DNA of 63,901 nucleotides, counting the filler, from Octopus bimaculoides (Eukaryota): assembly GCF_001194135.2 (NCBI RefSeq). It is 7 parts of 7 records of this genome, joined end to end, with 100 filler letters (N's around TTAATTAATTAA, not from the genome) between each part and the next. Parts side by side here need not be neighbours in the genome. Positions count along the whole stretch, not along the records: positions 1 to 14,264 come from NC_068995.1; positions 14,365 to 31,173 come from NC_069003.1; 5 more parts are not named here. The stretch is one strand, 5' to 3'. The position numbers and the translations under genes were made by a program. A model generated the notes under the pieces. That model was not told where the DNA came from. It worked only from the letters and a program-made list of their open reading frames with translations, and ran no database searches. Shown piece after piece: positions 12,639 to 25,425 of this stretch (within the stretch, counting starts at the first letter, position 1; each line of letters starts with the position of its first letter).

Positions 12639-14582
12639 TATGTGCACTCGTTTTATATATGCAGACGATAATATGATTTTATATAAAATTATATTGTAAA
12701 TATCAAATTTCTTGAATTTTTTAATTCTTCGGTCATACTTTTGTGGGCTTCATGCTGCAATCTTTTGACAATAATTTTTCTGTTGTTTTCTTTATTAAAC
12801 CTAACTTTCGAAAGTGGGTCACAGGGCCAGTTCATACTTGCTCCCAAGTGATGTCCATATGTTTTTGTTTGTTCATTATATATAGCAGTACATATAAATG
12901 TGTATGCATGTATATGTATCCACATATATACAGAGATAGTGTTTGAATGAGTGTTTTTGCAGGCAATTTAGTTAGACATGAATTACACCAGATATGGTGA
13001 GCAAGCTTGAATCTTAGGCTTTAATCTTTTCAAGTGAATAATATAAATAGATAAGCTGGGGGTCGAATCAATCGATCTGTACAATTCAATAGATTCTTTT
13101 TTTCTTTTTTACTAAACATAAGAAACTGTGACTAGTTTTCTCTTGTATTCGCATATTTCATACTGTATCTTTAAAGTTACTTGTAACTTGACAGATGATT
13201 TCTAATTCTCGAATGTTATATTCCTAAATATTACCTACAAATTTCCTTTCTGTCTTTATACTGACTGAGCAAAGCTACAACAGTTTAAAGTGTCAAGAGC
13301 ACAGTGAGTCACCAATAATCTGATATGTCATGCTTTGTAAGCCTTTGACGTTGTAATTTCTGTTGGCAAATACTATTCAGCACGAATGTTGCCTATTGAC
13401 TGAAATTTTCGATCATCAAAAACGTACAATATTCACCGTCATTGGATCAGTCTTTATAATATATCACGAGGAATGGGAAGTCTATGACAAAACAGCCGTG
13501 TGTATACATCACAAACACAATTATATATAATATTCAATAGTTGCTTCAGAAAAAAAATATTTTAGATGTTGGTCTAATCGGATTCATGAACAAAATTTTT
13601 ATTTGATAGTGATTTCTCGAATGCAACCATACCAACGACAAAGGTCATTAATGGGATTTCCTCTAGCAGAGGTCATCATATAATTGTTTTATATAAAGAA
13701 TCGACGCTCCTAGCTTTCTTATCGACTTGGCGTTGTTTTTCTATAATAGCAACCACAAAAATAATGATTTATAAGCAAATAAAGAAAAAAAGACATTACA
13801 AATATTTTTCACACGCATATATGGTTCTACGTGTTTGTAGATGCAATTATATATAAATACACTTGCATTGGGAAATCAGGCTCTATGTAGGAAGACAGAG
13901 ACTGAAACAATTCTGTGAATATAGCTACATTACCATGAACAGGAATAATGTAGTTATGAATGGCTTTACAAATCTACTACAAAAGAATATGACAAGAAAT
14001 ACATAAAAAAAGGGGCAGTGAAAAGATTTTTCATGTTTTCAACAGTTTGTACATTCTTCTTGATAACAAGCATGCATATATACAAACGCATATACATAGA
14101 GGAATTCATGGTAAGAAGATTCCCAGCCACGTGATTCAGGGTTGAGTCCCACTGGAGAGCACCTTGCACAAGTGATTTATACTATAGCCCTGAGCTGATC
14201 AAAGCTTTGTAAGTGGATTCGGTGTACAGAAATTGCAAGAAGCCAATCGTGTATGTACATATATNNNNNNNNNNNNNNNNNNNNNNNNNNNNNNNNNNNN
14301 NNNNNNNNTTAATTAATTAANNNNNNNNNNNNNNNNNNNNNNNNNNNNNNNNNNNNNNNNNNNNGTTCAGCATATTATCCTCCATTTTCTAATTGTTACA
14401 CAAATTTTGAGTAAAACCACCACTTTTACCCGCTCCCATTGATTGCACCTAGTATAGCACTAGCGTAGCAATAATTGGGTACCCTCCCAGCAGTATACTG
14501 GATAGATACTATCCCTTAGTGGGTTGAACCCCCAACCCCTAACTCTCTCACGCTATATATATATATATATATATATATACAT

Positions 14583-14631
<49 letters not shown>

Positions 14632-15479
14632 TACATACACACACTCGCAAACACGATGAGCATCTTTCAGTTTGCATCTACCATATCCAATCACAGGGCT
14701 TTCGTCAGCCTGGGTTTACTGTAGAAGACACTTGCCCAAGGTACCAGCTAGTGGAAATGAAACTGAGACCATGTGGTTTGGAAATAAACTTCTCACCACA
14801 CAGCCACACCAACGCCAAATGATTAAAGATGGAATGAACTCCATTTAATCAGTCAAGTTGTTACTGTGGTTGTGGTGGTGGTGGCGGCGGTAGTGGTGGA
14901 AGGTGACAGAGATGGCGTTGGGGATGATAGCAGTGGTGGTGGTGGTTTATATATCTCAACAGTCAGGGTAACCATAATAATTATTTTTATTGATTATACT
15001 CAGGTCAGCTCCGTGTGTCTGTGTCTCTGTGTGTGATTCCACCTCTTTGAAACACCACAAAAAGGAATGAGTTCCAACGACAACAAAATGTCGTGACGTT
15101 TTGTGATGGACCTTTACGTTTTGAGTTCAAATCCTGTTGGATGGAGGGAAGGAGACCCAAGTTTGCCTTTTCTCCTTTCCAGTCCAGTTAGTCATTTCCA
15201 TAATAAACTACTTCCATTCCTAGTCGTGGATGGAATTATATAGATGATGATGATGGCTAAACAATGACGACGACAGTGGTAAAAACAAATACTTAACAGG
15301 GAGGTAACTAGTGTGAAATGCATATGAGCAACGAAAAGAATATTAAGAGTTACCTCCCTTGCATCATCTACGAATTTGTTTTCTAATTTATAACCTCTTC
15401 AATGCCCGCGAGATTTAGTTGTTATTTCTAGCAGATCAGAAAATTCTGTAGAGGGGCATTTCACATAGATTTATATCTT

Positions 15480-15680
15480 TTATTTTTTTATTTGTTTCAG
15501 ACATCAGATTGCAGGCAATGCTCGGGCACCATATTGAAGAAATTTTAGTCGAATGAATCTACCCCAATAGTTACCTTTTTTGTTCAGCCTTGCACTTATT
15601 CTATCAGTCTCTTTTGCTGAACAGCTAAGTTACAGGGATGTAAACACACCAGCAGTGATTGCCAAGTGGTGGAGGCGGGG

Positions 15681-15724
<44 letters not shown>

Positions 15725-16318
15725 ATATATATGACGAGCTTCCTTCAGTTTGTCTCTACTAAATCCACTCACAAGGTCAAACCCAGAGGCAAGCTTCTTA
15801 CCACACAGCCATATCTGTGCCTATATATACATATATGGGGCATGTGTACTTTGATCAACCCATCTGCTTATCTGAGTGACCATGACACTCAATGAATGTT
15901 ATAGTGAGAAAAAGATATTTTTACAGTTCCTATCCTGTACATATATATGCACAGGGGTGACTGAGTGATAAAAAGGTTACATCCCAATTACATGGTTCCA
16001 GGTTCAGTCCCACTGCATGGCACTTTGTGCAAATGTCTCTTACAATAGCACCAAAGAATTGTGACTGGACACGACAGACAGAAAGTGAAAAAAGGCTGTC
16101 ATGTGTGTGTGTGGCTTTTTGGCTGTATCTGTTTGACAACTGGTGTTGGTGTGTTTATATCCCCATAATGTAGCAGTTCGGCATAAGACATCAATAGAAT
16201 AAGTAAATATCAGGATTAAAAAATAGAAAGTACAGATATCGATTCATTCAACTAAAATTCTTCAAGGGAGTGCCCCAGCATGGCCACAGTCTAATGACTG
16301 AAACAAGTAAAAGGTAAA
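15480..16318. mobile_element. Two divergent SINE family A copies, minus 15480-15820 and plus 15950-16318
   Basis: Shared family A head, middle and tail motifs. Confidence 0.7.
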
Positions 16319-16319
16319 A

Positions 16320-16421
16320 ATATAATGGGATTTTTTTAAAACATTGAATGATGGCAGGGGTCCATTTGAGTAAAACAGGAATCATAGGGGTCCATAGGTA
16401 AAAAATAGTTGAAACCCACTG
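16320..16421 (-). mobile_element. Terminal fragment of the same hAT MITE family as 54632-54979
   Basis: ggggtccataggtaaaaaatagttgaaacccactg matches the reverse complement of the 54632 element's left end. Confidence 0.7.
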
Positions 16422-16539
16422 TCCTAAGCTGTTCATTAGGGACACAACCTCTGCGTTTACAGTTTTCCAAATCCTTCAATACAGAACAAAATACCACCAG
16501 GTATTTTGTGCTATGTCCTAACAATTCTGACAACACAAA

Positions 16540-17572
16540 ATTGGTTTCAAATTTTAGCACAAGGCCAAGTATTTCGGGGGAGAGTCTAAGTTGATTACAT
16601 CAACCCCAGTGTTCAACTGGTACTTACTTTATAGACCCCAAAAGTCAACCTCAGCAGAATTTGAACTCAGAATATGAAGACTGACAAAATACCACCAAGT
16701 ATTTTGCCCAGCATGCTAACGACTCAGCCAGCTCACCACCTTAACGACAACACAATATTAATTTTTTTTGTTTTCATCACAAAACTCATTAACTCTCTAA
16801 CCCACCTGTTCTACATCTACCTTGTTCACGCCAATACCGCCACCACCACTATGTATCACCACAAAACTACCACCACCATCTAATACCGCCACCACCACCT
16901 CATCCCACTACCACCACCACCACCACATACCACCATCAAAATCACCACATTCCTCCACACCAAACTACCACCACCATATACCTAAACACTACTCCCACCA
17001 CTACTACCACACAGCTCCCATATATCTCCACACCATCAGACCTATACAATATGTCAAGGTAAAACAATCACAGTCTTTATTTTCTTAATTTTGTTCTAGC
17101 TTTGTTCTGTTCTTCTCTTTGCCTTTGTTTTTATTTTTTAATTTATATTCGTTTTCCTCTTAATTTTCTCACTACACAACAGCTTGAATGACAAATTTAA
17201 CCCACACAACTACTACTGCTACTACTATTAATTAAGCCAGCCATAATTACTGATTTCAAATTTTGGCACAAGGCCAGCAATTTCAGAGAAGAGGATAAGT
17301 CAATTACATCAACCCCAGCGCTCAACTAGCACTTATTTTATTTACATTTGATGGACAATTGTCCTCATCTTGTTTGATGTTAACACAACATTTCAGCTGA
17401 TATACCCTCCAGCCTTCATCAGGTGTCTTGGGGAAATTTTGAACCTGGGTTCTCATTCCTAACATATTTTTCTATACTATTATTATTCAGGTCACTGCCT
17501 GGAATCGAACGGGTTAGTAGCCCCAAGATTCTGAGTTCGATTCTAGGCACCGACCTGAAGAAGAAGAAGAAG

Positions 17573-17604
<32 letters not shown>

Positions 17605-17606
17605 GA

Positions 17607-17655
<49 letters not shown>

Positions 17656-18478
17656 TCAAAAAATACCTTAGGAATGAGAAACCAGGTTCGAAATTTCCCC
17701 AAGACACCTGATGAAAGCAGGAGGATATATCAGCCGAAATGTTGTGTTAACAACAAACCAGATGAGGACAAATATCCATCAAATGTAAATAATGTACATG
17801 ATTCCTCATCTCTTAAACATAGAACTGTATTATTTTATTGACCCTTAAAGGATGAAAAGCAAAGTCAACTTTGGCAGAATTTGAACTCAGAATGTGAAAA
17901 ATGGACGAAATTCAACTAAGTATTTCACCAGGTGCCCTAATGATTCTGCCAGTTCACCACCTTAAATCCAGCCGTAATTATTAAGGTGGCAAGCTGGCAG
18001 AACTGTAAGCATGTTGGACACAATTCTTAGCAGCATATCTTCCTGGGCTTTACATTCTGAGTTCAAATCCTGCAGGGTTGACTTTGCCTTGCATCCTTTT
18101 GGGGTCAATAAATTAAATATAAGTACTGGAGGTTAATGTGACCGACTTACTCACTCCATTCAAAATTGTTGGCGATAAAGCCAGCGATAAGAAAGAATTA
18201 TTGATCTAGAGAGTAAGAGAGCCTCTATGCAGATACTTGAGCTGCTACAAATAGCAGCTAAATCTTCCAAAAAGTACTTCTTGCCATGTCTCAATATTGA
18301 TATAATGTTGTTATATACAGATGTTTCTTATTTCTTTATTCCCCACAAGGGGCTAAACATAGAGGGGACAAACAAGGACAGACAAAGGGATTAAGTCGAT
18401 TACATTGACCCCAGAATGCAACCGGTACTTAATTTATCGACCCCGAAAGGATGAAAGGTAAAGTCGACCTCGGCGGAA
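16540..18478. mobile_element. Cluster of SINE family B copies (16540-16742 minus, 17255-17965 minus and interrupted, 17984-18190 plus, 18325-18478 minus)
   Basis: Shared gcagaatttgaactcagaa / aaagtcgacctcggc / gactttgcctt motifs. Confidence 0.75.
17343..17829. mobile_element. Head-to-head inverted pair of a tRNA-headed repeat with (GAA/GTA)n interior, inserted in a family B SINE
   Basis: 17343-17462 is the reverse complement of ~17665-17795; flanking ttattttatt at 17333-17342 and 17830-17839. Confidence 0.8.
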
Positions 18479-19320
18479 TGTGTGTGTTTATCCCCCCCAC
18501 CACCACCACCACCAGTTTGATAACTTGTGTTGGTGTGTTTACATCTTTGTAACTTAGTAGTTCAGCAAAAAGAGACTGACAGAATAAGTACCAGCCTTTA
18601 AAAAAAGAAAGTAAGCACTGGGGTTGATTCATTCAACTAAAAATTCAAGGTGGTGCTCGAGCATGGCCACAGTCTAATAACTGAAACAAGGAAAAGACAA
18701 TATATATATATGTGTGTATATATATATATAGAGAGAGAGAGAGGGGGAGAGGTAATATACAAAGAGTTTTGGTCAATTGACATAACATAATAGGTGTGTA
18801 CTATGAGTGCTCAGCTTGGTTGACCACTAAGACTCCGGCTTAAACTGCATCTAAAAAATGCAGTGCTGAAAATGCCTATCAAAGGTGGCTAGAAGTGGTT
18901 TCTCCTTGAGCAGGCAGATATAGATTAAAATAAAGAATGAAAAAGCAAAACACTTGGCAGCACTTGAAAAACAACTTAAATAGAAAATATAAATATAGTG
19001 ACGAGTAGTTATGATAAAAAGATAAAGTCTCTTACAGCTGTTTCTAGAATAGCCAAACATGTGGATCATGATACTGAGGATTCCATAAGCTAAGAATTGC
19101 ATCATTGGAGAGAGAGAGAGAGACGTCAGGAAAATATAGAACTTAAACAATATCCTCAATCAAGGATATTAGTACTTTCCAGTTTGGTGCAAAAAGGAAG
19201 GAAGGATCAGAATGAAAAGTACATGCATTAGGTAGTTCCATGATCAAATAAATAATAAATAAACTTGATAGATAGATAGATAGATGGATGGATGGATGGA
19301 TGGATGGATGGAGTATGCAA

Positions 19321-19752
19321 GAGAGAAGACTGCACTGGTTTGGTTATTTAAATCATATGGATACAGACAATTGCATACAGAAGTACTGATCCTTTATAGT
19401 GGATGGAACTTGTGGAAGAAGGAGACCCAGGAAGACATGGGATGAAGTATTGAAGGCCGACCTCAAGACACTGAGCCTTACGAAAGAGATGACTAAGAGC
19501 TGAGATATCTGGTGCTTTGCTGTACTCAAGAAGACCCATCCACCACAGCAGAATTGGTACCAGTGCTGGTGCAAGGTTAAAAGCACCCAGTACACTCTGT
19601 GGAGTGGTTGGCATTAGGAAGGGCATCCAGCCATAGAAATCATGCCAGAACAGACAATGGAACCTGGTGTGGCCCTTTGCCTTACTAACTCAGATCAAAT
19701 CATCCAACCCATGCCAGCATGGAGAATGGACGTTAAATGATGATGATGATGA
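19321..19752 (+). mobile_element. RTE-type LINE 3' end with (GAT)n tail
   Basis: RRLHWFGYLNHM...GTCGRRRPRKTWDEVLKADL is an RTE ORF2 C-terminus; 3' UTR ends ...ccaacccatgccagcatggagaatggacgttaaatgatgatg. Confidence 0.8.
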
Positions 19753-20169
19753 TATATCATTAACATCCACTTTTCTATTCTTGCATGGGTCTGATGGAAT
19801 TTGTTGAGGCAGATATTTTCTACAATTGGAAGCCTTTCCTGTTGCCAACCCTCACTTGCTTGCAAGCAAGGTAATATTTTCCCCATAGCCAGACATTTGC
19901 CACTAAAAACTAGAAGCAAACAACATTGCTTGTATGATGGTGATGCTCATTCACAACCATCATATGACGTCAAGAAAAGGGTTCACTCAAGCACACATAG
20001 ACACACACACACACAATATATATATATATATTTATATATTTCAAGGTTTTTAACTTTTAAATTTGTATATTTAAAAGAGATAGAAACTTTAAACTCGATA
20101 TATCCAAGATATAATGATCCCCTAAGGTAAGTACTTATGCTATATTGGTAACGGTTGCAACATCCTCTG

Positions 20170-20215
<46 letters not shown>

Positions 20216-20243
20216 TACACACACATATGTATATATCTGTGTA

Positions 20244-20458
20244 CGAAGGTGCTAAAAAGTCCCTAGCTTTAAGGGTATTGTGAAAGGCTTGGTTGGAGGT
20301 CCAACCTTACAAGATTTTTACAGGGCCTAGAAAAACTGAAGGACCACTACAATAAGTGTGTGAATGTGAGAGGAAAATATGTTGTATAAAATCATAATTA
20401 ACTGATCCTCTTGTATTTTCTTTTACCCAAAGCCAAGAACTATTCAGCACCCCCTTGC
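20244..20458 (+). mobile_element. Mariner-derived MITE
   Basis: TIRs cgaaggtgctaaaaagtccctagc / gccaagaactattcagcaccccctt; internal remnant LEKLKDHYNKCVNVRGKYV resembles a mariner C-terminus. Confidence 0.8.
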
Positions 20459-21525
20459 ATAAAGTCTACCATTAGTTTCACTTAAGAAAAATTTCAACAA
20501 GTTTACAAGTCGATCTCATAGAAAAATTGGTGTTTGACTCTATTCTAGCGTTTTAATCCAAAATGGAGAGAAACACCAATTTTTCTATATGATTGGCTTG
20601 AAGAATTGTTGAGGTTTTTCTTAACATGAAACCAATGGTAGCCTTAATACACAAATAAAGAACCTTTATCCACCAATGCAGTGTTAAGCACTCATTCTCA
20701 TTGTTTGGAGGCTTTGGTTGGCCCAGAGCTATTGCAGAAGTCACTTGCCCAAGGTGTCATGCAATGGAACTGAACCCAAAATGACATGGTTGGCAAACAA
20801 AGCTTCTCAACCACTGAGCCACAACATGTAATGTGTTTGCCTGTGTGTTCATTTTCCCATCTGTATCGACAATGATGATGACAACAACAATGATGATGAT
20901 GTCCTATCCAGGTGTCTCCACTTTCCCTGAAGACATTTCAAAACAGGATCTGAAATAAACATTTTAAACACGACAACACTGAGCAAATCAGTAAACCAAC
21001 CAACCAACCAACCAAATAGCCAGCTTATAACATGCAGCCATACAGCCATCCTCTGAAATAAAGAAAAACAAAATGACCAGAGAAAGTGAGTGCTTACAAT
21101 GAAGTGGACAAAAGCCAACTTTACAAACACACATTGGTGTGGGATTGGTTTTTAATGATCCTTGATCTGACAACAGCAGCTTTTATATAAACCACAGAGC
21201 TCTCTCTCTCTCTCTCTCTTCCCTCTAATATATAACCCTATTGTTTTATATACTTCCAGCTGCATCAGAGGGTAAGGTCCCTATTGTTTCCAGCTGCTTC
21301 AGAGACATTTCCATGAATGCGAAACCAAAAACAGGCTCTCAAAATTCAGCTGAAACAGACTTAGCTTTTTATCAATTGTTGGTATTCTCAACAAATGTGG
21401 ACGTTCGTGTGGACAATTCTTATCTCGTCTTACTCTAATAGGATTCTGTAAGTATATATACATGTGCATATGTGTGTATGTGTGTGTGTGTATCATCATC
21501 ATATATATGTACACACACACACACA

Positions 21526-21730
21526 TGAGGGATGTTGAAAAGTTTCTGGATTTGGGTAAAAGAAAAAACAGGAGGATCAGTTAATTGTGATTTTATTCAA
21601 CATATTCCCCTCTCAGATTCACATATTTAATACAGCATTCCTTCAGATTTTTTAAGCCCTGTAAAAAGAACTCATAAAATTGGGCTTTCCATGATACCCT
21701 TAAAGCCAGGAACTTTTCAGCACCCCCACG
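21526..21730 (-). mobile_element. Mariner-derived MITE, same family as 20244-20458, opposite orientation
   Basis: Ends tgagggatgttgaaaagtttctgg / gccaggaacttttcagcacccccacg; the interior is the reverse complement of the 20244 copy. Confidence 0.8.
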
Positions 21731-21776
21731 TGTGTGTGTGAGAGAGTGTGTACATGTATATAAACATACACAGATA

Positions 21777-22226
21777 GGAGACTGCGCTGGTTTGGTCATG
21801 TGATGCAGATGGATGCCAACAGCTCCATACAGAAGTGTCAATCTCTCAAAGTGTATGGAATGCTGAACCTTTTGGACGAGATGACAAAAGACCGAGGTAT
21901 GTGGCACCTTGCTGTACTCAAGGAGTACAGCAGAAGTGTTAAAGCCACTTCTCCCAATCCTGCTAAAGAGGATTGGGATGCAGGAGCCCTGTGCTGTGTC
22001 ATGTGATAAGCATTCATGCCAGTGCTACATGAAAGTGCTCGTATCAGCAGCACGTTAAAAGCACCAAGCATACACTTAGTGGTTGGCATTAGGAAGGGCA
22101 TCCAGTCATAGAAACCAAACTAAATCAGACTGGAACCTGGTGCAGCTCTCCAGCTTCGGTCAAAATGTCCAACCCATGCCAGCATGGAAAACAGACATAA
22201 AAGGAAGATGATGATGATGATGATGA
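21777..22226 (+). mobile_element. RTE-type LINE 3' end
   Basis: RRLRWFGHVMQMD remnant, with the same 3' UTR and (GAT)n tail as 19321. Confidence 0.8.
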
Positions 22227-22240
22227 TATATACATATGCA

Positions 22241-22312
<72 letters not shown>

Positions 22313-22378
22313 ATCATCATCATCATTTAACATCCGCTTTCCATGCTAGCAATCGTCATATATATATATATATATATG

Positions 22379-22460
22379 TGGAGGCACATGGCTTAGTGGT
22401 TAGGGTATCAGCATCATGATCATAAGATTGTGGTTTCGATTCCTGGACCGGGCGACGTGT
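22379..22460 (+). mobile_element. Isolated tRNA-like SINE head
   Basis: ggaggcacatggcttagtggttagg...ggtttcgattcctggaccgggcg. Confidence 0.75.
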
Positions 22461-22998
22461 TAGTATTATAGTTCATCACCATATTTTATATATTATAGTT
22501 CATCACCATTCCATATTATAAATTTGTGGTTGCACTCCAGTTATACTGGTTTTTACAAAGAATGATATTCAAGACAATATATAAATTATGGTCATTAACA
22601 TTTTTTCTTTTATTGGAATAAATTTGGCTTACAGTTGTTTCCAGTAATCATTATAGGTTTGTTACCGATAGGTTTACTCAACTGGTCAATTGGTCAGTTG
22701 AGAAAAGTTGAACGCCCTAAAAATTTAATGCTACTTTTTCCAGAGCCATTTCTGGTTATAAGAAAGTAGAACACTGAAGGAATGGTAGAGGCATGGTGGA
22801 GAAGGGAAAGAAAAAAGACAAGTGGAAAAGAGACAAAGAGGAAAGGGCCATCCTATTCCTTTTTACTATTAAATACCTCCCCTCCCCTATTCCTTCTATT
22901 CCTTCCTCTCTTCTTTCCTTCTCTTCCAAATTATCACTTCTCTTCCTCCTTCCTCTTCATCTCTCTCCCACTTGCCTCTTTTACATATACATACATAT

Positions 22999-23603
22999 AG
23001 GCGCAGGAATGGCTGTGTGGTAAGTAGCTTACTTACCAGCCACATGGTCTCGGGTTCAGTCTCACTGCGTGGCACCTTGGGCAAGTGTCTTCTACTATAA
23101 CCTCGGGCTGACCAAAGCCTTGTGAGTGGAGTTGGTAGACGGAAACTGAAAGAAGCCCGCCGTATATATGTATATATATATATATATNNNNNNNNNNNNN
23201 NNNNNNNNNNNNNNNNNNNNNNNNNNNNNNNNNNNNNNNNNNNNNNNNNNNNNNNNNNNNNNNNNNNNNNNNNNNNNNNNNNNNNNNNNNNNNNNNNNNN
23301 NNNNNNNNNNNNNNNNNNNNNNNNNNNNNNNNNNNNNNNNNNNNNNNNNNNNNNNNNNNNNNNNNNNNNNNNNTATATATACGTGTATATGTGTGTATAT
23401 GTTTGTGTGTCTGTGTTTGTTCCCTAACATCGCTTGACAACCGATGCTGGTGTGTTTACGTCCCCCGTAACTTAGCGGTTCGGCAAAAGAGACCGATAGA
23501 ATAAGTACTAGGCTTACAAAGAATAAGTCCTGCGGTCGATTTGATTCGACTAAAGGCGGTGCTCCAGCATGGCCACAGTCAAATGACTGAAACAAATAAA
23601 AGA
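22999..23603 (+). mobile_element. Full-length SINE family A (tRNA-like head, internal microsatellite, tail ...catggccacagtcaaatgactgaaacaa)
   Basis: Head ggcgcaggaatggctgtgtggtaag...gggttcagtctcactgc, core gcaccttgggcaagtgtcttctactata. The N gap falls in the internal microsatellite. Many copies in the window. Confidence 0.85.
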
Positions 23604-24297
23604 GTATATATATATATGTATATACACATACATTCATACACACACACATACATATATATATGTGTGTGTGTGTGTGTATGAATGTATGTGTATAAAAGAG
23701 GCAAGTGGAAGAGAAGTGATGATTTGGAAAGGAAGGATTAAAATGAAGAGAAGGAGAGAAGAGAGGAAGGAATAGAAAGAATGTGTGTGTGTGTGTGTGT
23801 GTGTGCGTGTGTCTGGGTATGTATATATGTACATGTGTATGGTTGCATATATACGTGGGTGTACATGCGAATGTTCCACGCAAGTGTGAGTGAGCATATG
23901 CATATATAGATTGTACGTATTTTAGAAGTGCATTTGAATATAGTTGTGCGCATATGGGCATGTGCACAGGTGTGTGTGTGTGTGTGGATATACATTTGTG
24001 TATTCATGCATGTGTGCATGCACGCGGGTATGGGAATGTGCACATGTGTGTGTGTGCACGTGTGTGGATATGTATACGTGTACATGCATGGTTGCATATA
24101 TATATATGTGCATTTTTGGCGTATGTGTAGGTGCACATGTATCTTTCATGCGAGTATGAGTGAGCATATGCATATAGGCACATGTACGTGGGTGTGCGGG
24201 CACGCATGTGTATGTATGTACATGCACACATACACGATTGCTATGAGCATTTTTAATCCTTTACTTTTTACTTCCTCCCCTTCGGTTTTTTCCCTTA

Positions 24298-24558
24298 TTT
24301 AAGTCATTCTAATAGCTCTTTTGTCTTAATAACGATCAATTATACAGTATCCCTTTGTTTAATGGTCATTTCCATAGCATATTTTAATTGCCTTGATAAC
24401 TGAAGAGATGCCAGTGCGGGTTTCCACCCCGACATTCGAAACTCGGAGTTTTATTATGGCAACCGAATAATTGTCACATATTATATTACAGATAAATTCC
24501 TCTGTTTACATAATATCGAGGTCTCTTTCATTCTTTTGTTGTCTTACCATTACTATTA

Positions 24559-24562
<4 letters not shown>
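24298..24562 (+). repeat. Dispersed pLTR-like repeat with hammerhead motif; second copy at 8755-8955
   Basis: Shared gtcattcta..agctcttttgtcttaataac, gataactgaagagatgcc, ccccgacat, attacagataaattcc and cttttgttgtc.taccattactattaat; both copies are followed by a microsatellite. Confidence 0.8.
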
Positions 24563-24616
<54 letters not shown>

Positions 24617-24622
24617 ATATAA

Positions 24623-24987
24623 AGACTCCGTCAGTCACGAATGACCATGGGTGCACTTAAGAGGTTCCCTTCCGGGGTATAAGTCTGGGCAGAAAGTCAC
24701 CTTACCAGCGAATGCACAACCTAGGGTTGTTTTTATGGAAGACCAGCAGTCGCCCATGCATACCAGCCTCCCCTCCCCATGCCACCGATGTTGTCCAAGG
24801 GAAAGGCAAAGGCTGATACAGCTTGACACCAGTGATGTCACAATTCATTTCTACAGCTGAGTGAACTGGAGTAATGTAAAATAAAGTGTCTTGCTCAAGA
24901 ACACAACATACAGCCCAGTCCAGGAATCGAACTCATGACCATATGATCGTAAGCTCGACACTCTAACCACTAAGCTATGCACCTTCA
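24623..24987 (-). mobile_element. Full-length tRNA-derived SINE family D with CORE/Meta-like central domain
   Basis: Minus strand: tagcttagtggttagagtg...gagttcgattcctgg, then gtgttcttgagcaagacacttt...ctccagttcactcagctgtagaaatg. Confidence 0.85.
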
Positions 24988-25000
24988 CACACACACACAC

Positions 25001-25045
<45 letters not shown>

Positions 25046-25134
25046 TACACGCACATACATATAGACATGCATACACATGCATATATAGATATATATAATA
25101 CACATATACTTGTTCTGACACACACCATGTGAAT

Positions 25135-25425
25135 CAGGGGTCCCAAACCACCAGGTCCCAGACCAGTACTGGGTCAAACAGAAAGAATATATTTCAAAAT
25201 GTTATTTCAATTCCGTTGACTATCACAGTCTGTGGGATGTTTTTGCATTACATATATTTTTCTATACACGTATTATATATACAATACTTAAATTATGTGG
25301 TAGGCACTTTATTTTGTTTTGCTGTGTGTGTGACCCAACACCCACCCACCAACCTCCAAGTCCATGAAAAAGATCAACTTGCATAAAATCTGTTCATGGT
25401 GCAAAAAAGAAGTTAGGGTCGGCTG
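25135..25425 (+). mobile_element. hAT-Charlie MITE (MER1-like ends)
   Basis: Left end caggggtcccaaaccaccaggtcccagaccagtactggg; right end gtccatgaaaaagatcaacttgcataaaatctgttcatggtgcaaaaaagaagttagggtcggctg. TSD is not clean. Confidence 0.65.

Noticed and set aside
14309-14320. TTAATTAATTAA islands inside N runs (also ~31218, 35751, 44293, 57175, 62163)
   Set aside because: An identical 12-mer with stops in all six frames, always flanked by Ns, is a scaffolding linker artefact rather than biology.
16850-17040. His/Thr/Pro-rich ORFs
   Set aside because: Low-complexity (CAC/ACC)n decay.
21255-21360. Hammerhead-like words ctgaagcagctggaaac on the minus strand
   Set aside because: The core is incomplete and no helices close.
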